From Naegleria gruberi (Eukaryota), in assembly GCA_000004985.1 (NCBI GenBank), contig GG738924.1: 64,000 bases of DNA. One strand, given 5' to 3'. The position numbers and the translations under genes are program-made. Below, one piece after another: positions 60,608 to 64,000 of the stretch. The notes under the pieces were generated by a model. The model was not told the DNA's origin. It did not search any database and saw only the letters and a list, made by a program, of their open reading frames with translations. Each line of letters opens with the position of its first letter. The first letter of the stretch is position 1.

Positions 60608-63022
60608 TTGTACAATCTACACAATCATCATTCATCACAACATCAAAAAATGTCTCAACACGATATTAACAACATGTCCATTAGAAATGTTGCAATTTGT
60701 GGTGAACCATCAAGTGGAAAATCCTCTCTTGTCCACTTGTTAATCAACAACAATCATCAAACAAATTCAACACAAATTCTTTTTGAAACTTTTCAATCAC
60801 AACTTTATTCAACAAGCCTAAAATTAAATTCTCATCATGATGTTGAAGTAAATTCTATCCTCAACTTGGTGGATTGTATTGGTAGATTAGAATCACTCTC
60901 CCAAGTCAAGGCAGATCTCAGATTGACTGATGGTTGTATTATGGTAGTTGATGCAAGTTTACCAACATTTGGAAAATATTCGGAATTGGTTTTGAGACAA
61001 ATTTCACAGGAGAACATTCCTCTTGTTGTACTGTTTAACAAATTAGATGAACCTTTGATGGATTGCAATGTTGATTTGGAGGAAATTAACAAATCAATAC
61101 AGAGGATTGTTGATTCAGTTAATTTGGTGATGAGCACATTCAATACTGAGAGTAAATTAAGTTTGGAAAGTATTGTATTTGGATCTACAAAGCAGGGGTG
61201 GGCTTTTACGTTGAAACATTTTGCCATGTTTTATTCGAAACAATTTGGAATGAACCAAGATGAATTATTAGAGAAATTGTGGGGAGATTGTTATTACGAT
61301 GCAGAAAATGGCAAATGGACAAATCAATCTAATGACAACATTTTCCAAAGGAGTTTCTGTCAATTTATTTTAAAGCCTATTAGGAGAGTATTAGCAGCGT
61401 GTGAAAAATCAGAGTTTAATGTGTTAGAAGAGGTGTTAAATCCTTTTGTGAAAAGTCTTTCAAAAACAGAATACACGGATCTCAGCAAGCAAGAATTAAT
61501 CAACTCAACCATGCAAAAATGGCTATCAGCCAACAACTCAATACATGAGTTGATTTTTAATCAATTACCTTCCCCAGAAAAGGCTCCGTATAACAGGGCT
61601 AAAAGTATCTATTCTGGCTCAATTACAGACAAATTCGGAACAGCCATCAAGAATTGTGATCCATGTGGTCCCTTAGTTGTACATGTTTCTTCTAACAAAA
61701 TTATTAATGGAAAGATTTATGCAATTTCAAGAATTTTTTCTGGATCTTTGAAATCTGACACTATTGTAAGAGTATTTAATTCAAAGCAGGTGTTTGAGGA
61801 AAAATCTCTTCGAGGAATTGTAAAGATCAATGGCACGAGTATTGAACCTATTGAAGAGGCAAGTTGTCAATTCAATCCTATTATTGGATTGATTGGAATT
61901 GAATCATGTTTAACAAACAAAGGATCCACAATAACTGAGAGTACAGAATTGGAGGCTAAACCATTTATTTCTGATTCAAAAAGTAATTTACCAATGATTA
62001 ATGTCTATGTAGAGCCTAAGAAACAAGCCTATCTTCCCAAACTTATAAGAGGACTAGAATTAATTTACAAATGCGATTCTTCACTATCTTTCACTTTGGA
62101 TGAATATACTGGAGAGAAGATACTTACAGTTTTTGATGAAAAACATTTGGATTCGGTGCTACACCAATTTAAACAACTTCATCCAAGTATTGAACTCGAG
62201 GTTTCTGGACCCATTGTAAAATATCAAGAAACAGTGACAAGTTCATCTGCAAATATAACACTTGTAAAAACACCAAACAAACACAATAGGCTATGGCTCA
62301 CTACTGAACCTTTAAAAGAGGATGTAATTAGCTATTTTGAATCAGGAAAATTACCTAGCGAGCCTAAACAGAGAGGTAAAATATTGAATGAAAATTTTGG
62401 CTGGGATTTGGTAGATGCAAAAAAGATTTGGTCACTTTGCGAAAATAGTCTAAACGTATTTGTTGACAAGACACAACAAGTTTGTTATTTGAATGAAATC
62501 AAGGATGCAGTAATTCTTGGTTTTCATATTGCAACAAGAGAAGGGCCACTATGTAATGAATTAATGAGAGGCGTACGTTTTAATCTTAAAGATGTAGCCA
62601 TGTACAGTGATGCCATTCATAGAGGCACTGGACAAATAGCACCAACTGTGAAAAGAGGTTGCTATGCTAGTGTATTGGATGCAGAGCCAAGTTTATTAGA
62701 GCCAATTTCTCTAATGGAATTCAAATGTAAAAAATCGGAATTGAGTGCTGTTTATTCAATACTCAATTCAAGAAGAGGAGTTGTGATAGAAGAGCAACAC
62801 ACTTCATCTGTTTTTGGAAAGGCTTTTTTGCCAGTTTCTGAATCGTTTGGGGTTTTGCAATACTTGGATCAGTATAACGTTTCGTCTCAATTTATTTTTG
62901 ATCACTGGCAGCCAATACCTGCTAACTCATCCCAATTTCATGACATTGTGTATAGAACTCGCCTCAGAAAAGGTCTACCAGAAAAGTTACCTTGCCATTC
63001 TGAACTAGTAGACAAACTTTGA
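60608..63022 (+). CDS. eEF2-family GTPase paralog with a divergent G domain (804 aa)
   Basis: Domains II-V are collinear with eEF2, including the diphthamide loop SDAIHRGTGQIAPT and the C-terminal ...EPISLMEFKC...SESFGVLQYL...FIFDHWQPIP. G motifs are present but atypical for the family: GEPSSGKSS instead of AHVDHGKST, then DCIG, NKLD. Confidence 0.7.
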   Translation: MYNLHNHHSSQHQKMSQHDINNMSIRNVAICGEPSSGKSSLVHLLINNNHQTNSTQILFETFQSQLYSTSLKLNSHHDVEVNSILNLVDCIGRLESLSQVKADLRLTDGCIMVVDASLPTFGKYSELVLRQISQENIPLVVLFNKLDEPLMDCNVDLEEINKSIQRIVDSVNLVMSTFNTESKLSLESIVFGSTKQGWAFTLKHFAMFYSKQFGMNQDELLEKLWGDCYYDAENGKWTNQSNDNIFQRSFCQFILKPIRRVLAACEKSEFNVLEEVLNPFVKSLSKTEYTDLSKQELINSTMQKWLSANNSIHELIFNQLPSPEKAPYNRAKSIYSGSITDKFGTAIKNCDPCGPLVVHVSSNKIINGKIYAISRIFSGSLKSDTIVRVFNSKQVFEEKSLRGIVKINGTSIEPIEEASCQFNPIIGLIGIESCLTNKGSTITESTELEAKPFISDSKSNLPMINVYVEPKKQAYLPKLIRGLELIYKCDSSLSFTLDEYTGEKILTVFDEKHLDSVLHQFKQLHPSIELEVSGPIVKYQETVTSSSANITLVKTPNKHNRLWLTTEPLKEDVISYFESGKLPSEPKQRGKILNENFGWDLVDAKKIWSLCENSLNVFVDKTQQVCYLNEIKDAVILGFHIATREGPLCNELMRGVRFNLKDVAMYSDAIHRGTGQIAPTVKRGCYASVLDAEPSLLEPISLMEFKCKKSELSAVYSILNSRRGVVIEEQHTSSVFGKAFLPVSESFGVLQYLDQYNVSSQFIFDHWQPIPANSSQFHDIVYRTRLRKGLPEKLPCHSELVDKL

Positions 63023-63617
63023 TGAAACAAATTAATGAAAATTTAAAAAAAATGGAAAATATTTTACTGGGTAAAGAATTATGTCATCATGAAGAGAAGG
63101 AATTAAATAGATTTCAGTTCTATTCTTCTTGATTTGAAGAGAGTAACTAAACTCAAGCGAAGATTGAAGCGTAGATCTAATTAGTATTTCAATGTTTCCT
63201 ATTACAACAATATTGTCATCATACATAGAAATGTGGATAATATTCGATGGATTAAAGTTATGACAGTGTTGATATTACAAGAGCAAAATATAGGTACTTT
63301 AGAACTCTTCTAATTCCGTTTAAAATTATTGTAAAGACCAATAATCAATCAACAAGACCAATAATTGTAATTGAGGTTTTAGCAGAAACGAGAAAATTCA
63401 ATCATCATTCGTTTATTGTTGAAAAAATTAGGAAATGATTGAAAATTTATTATCAATAACTGATATCAAAATATTGGATCAAGCAAGAACTCCCAGAATA
63501 TTTATCCAACAACAAGAGGAATAAATATTTCAAAAATTTAAACATCTAATAAATTTGATTAAAAAAAATTCATAATTTAAGGTTTTGATCATTAATCTTG
63601 TCCATCAACAAAATTAA

Positions 63618-64000
63618 ATGGAAAATCTTGGAGCAGAGCTTTGTTATTTGGCACAATTACCACCGGAAGAACAATTCACAATTCGACTTGTAATAATTTG
63701 GGAATTAGACAATAATAAGTTTCTTGTTTGTAGAGCAAAGCCAGACAATGCCTATCCATTTCTCAATGAGGATATGGAGTATTCTAATGCGGATATTGTT
63801 TATTTCAGCCCAATTGAAGTGTATACACATACACCTGTAATAACAGGAGATGTAGTGGAAGTTGGAAGAATTTTAATTATTGATAATGCATTGCATCTTG
63901 ACTCAGTGACGTTTATTGAGAAAGCAAACACTATGCCAGGTAGGATAGAGTATATGACTGAAACTATGAATGATATTTGGATTCAAAAGGAGTATGTGAG
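63618..64000 (+). CDS. 5' part of an ORF running off the window end (at least 127 aa)
   Basis: An ATG at 63618 opens a stop-free frame to the window edge (MENLGAELCYLAQLPPEEQFTIRLVIIWELDNNKFLVCRAKPDNAYPFLNEDMEYSNADIVYF...). It is not in the ORF track because no stop lies in the window. Confidence 0.35.
   Translation, partial: MENLGAELCYLAQLPPEEQFTIRLVIIWELDNNKFLVCRAKPDNAYPFLNEDMEYSNADIVYFSPIEVYTHTPVITGDVVEVGRILIIDNALHLDSVTFIEKANTMPGRIEYMTETMNDIWIQKEYV

Noticed and set aside
1-64000. Prokaryotic-type features (operons, CRISPR arrays, defence islands, rRNA)
   Set aside because: The sequence is clearly eukaryotic (spliceosomal introns, histone H3, Pol III tRNA genes with introns, a retrotransposon). 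None of these features is present.

Overview
This is a eukaryotic nuclear genomic window, about 30% GC, AT-rich between genes, using the standard genetic code. TAA, TAG and TGA all terminate conserved genes such as histone H3, the V-ATPase a subunit and PNPO. It contains about 30 protein-coding genes on both strands, many single-exon. Several have very short GT-AG introns of 44-110 nt, with donors GTAAGT/GTATGT/GTGAGT and acceptors (T/A)AG. Because of these introns the six-frame ORF track splits several genes that I re-joined by hand: TELO2, a 2OG-Fe(II) oxygenase, a C2-domain gene, CDC123, and two tRNA-Ala-linked paralogs.

Genes I recognise with confidence are the V-ATPase 116 kDa a subunit, folylpolyglutamate synthase, a Yip1-family protein, a divergent histone H3, pyridoxamine 5'-phosphate oxidase, TELO2, a P4H-like 2OG oxygenase and CDC123. 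Recognised with less confidence are a COMM-domain protein, an RGS-domain protein, a C2-domain protein, an F-box plus small-GTPase protein, a protein-kinase-like protein and a divergent eEF2 paralog. There are five Pol III tRNA genes: Ile-AAU, an intron-containing Leu-AAG, and three copies of Ala-UGC. All share a TTAAGG motif 7-19 nt upstream and a T-run terminator.

The accessory content is dominated by duplication and mobile DNA:
- A DIRS-like tyrosine-recombinase-type retrotransposon island at about 2.2-8.3 kb. It has one long copy, one head-to-head inverted partial copy, a nested TIR-element insertion, and 140-bp inverted repeats bracketing the whole island.
- A 1.2-kb inverted segmental duplication 43 kb apart. 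Each arm carries a gene for a secreted, extremely lysine- and cysteine-rich protein.
- A tandem tRNA-Ala plus three-exon-gene cassette.
- Tandem RGS-domain paralogs, one disrupted, and tandem two-TM paralogs.
- A DUF4116-repeat gene locus split by a 50-N assembly gap with 215-bp near-identical flanks.

No rRNA, CRISPR array or prokaryote-type feature is present. I cannot assign the organism from sequence alone. Coordinates I derived by hand (introns, junctions) may be off by 1-2 nt.
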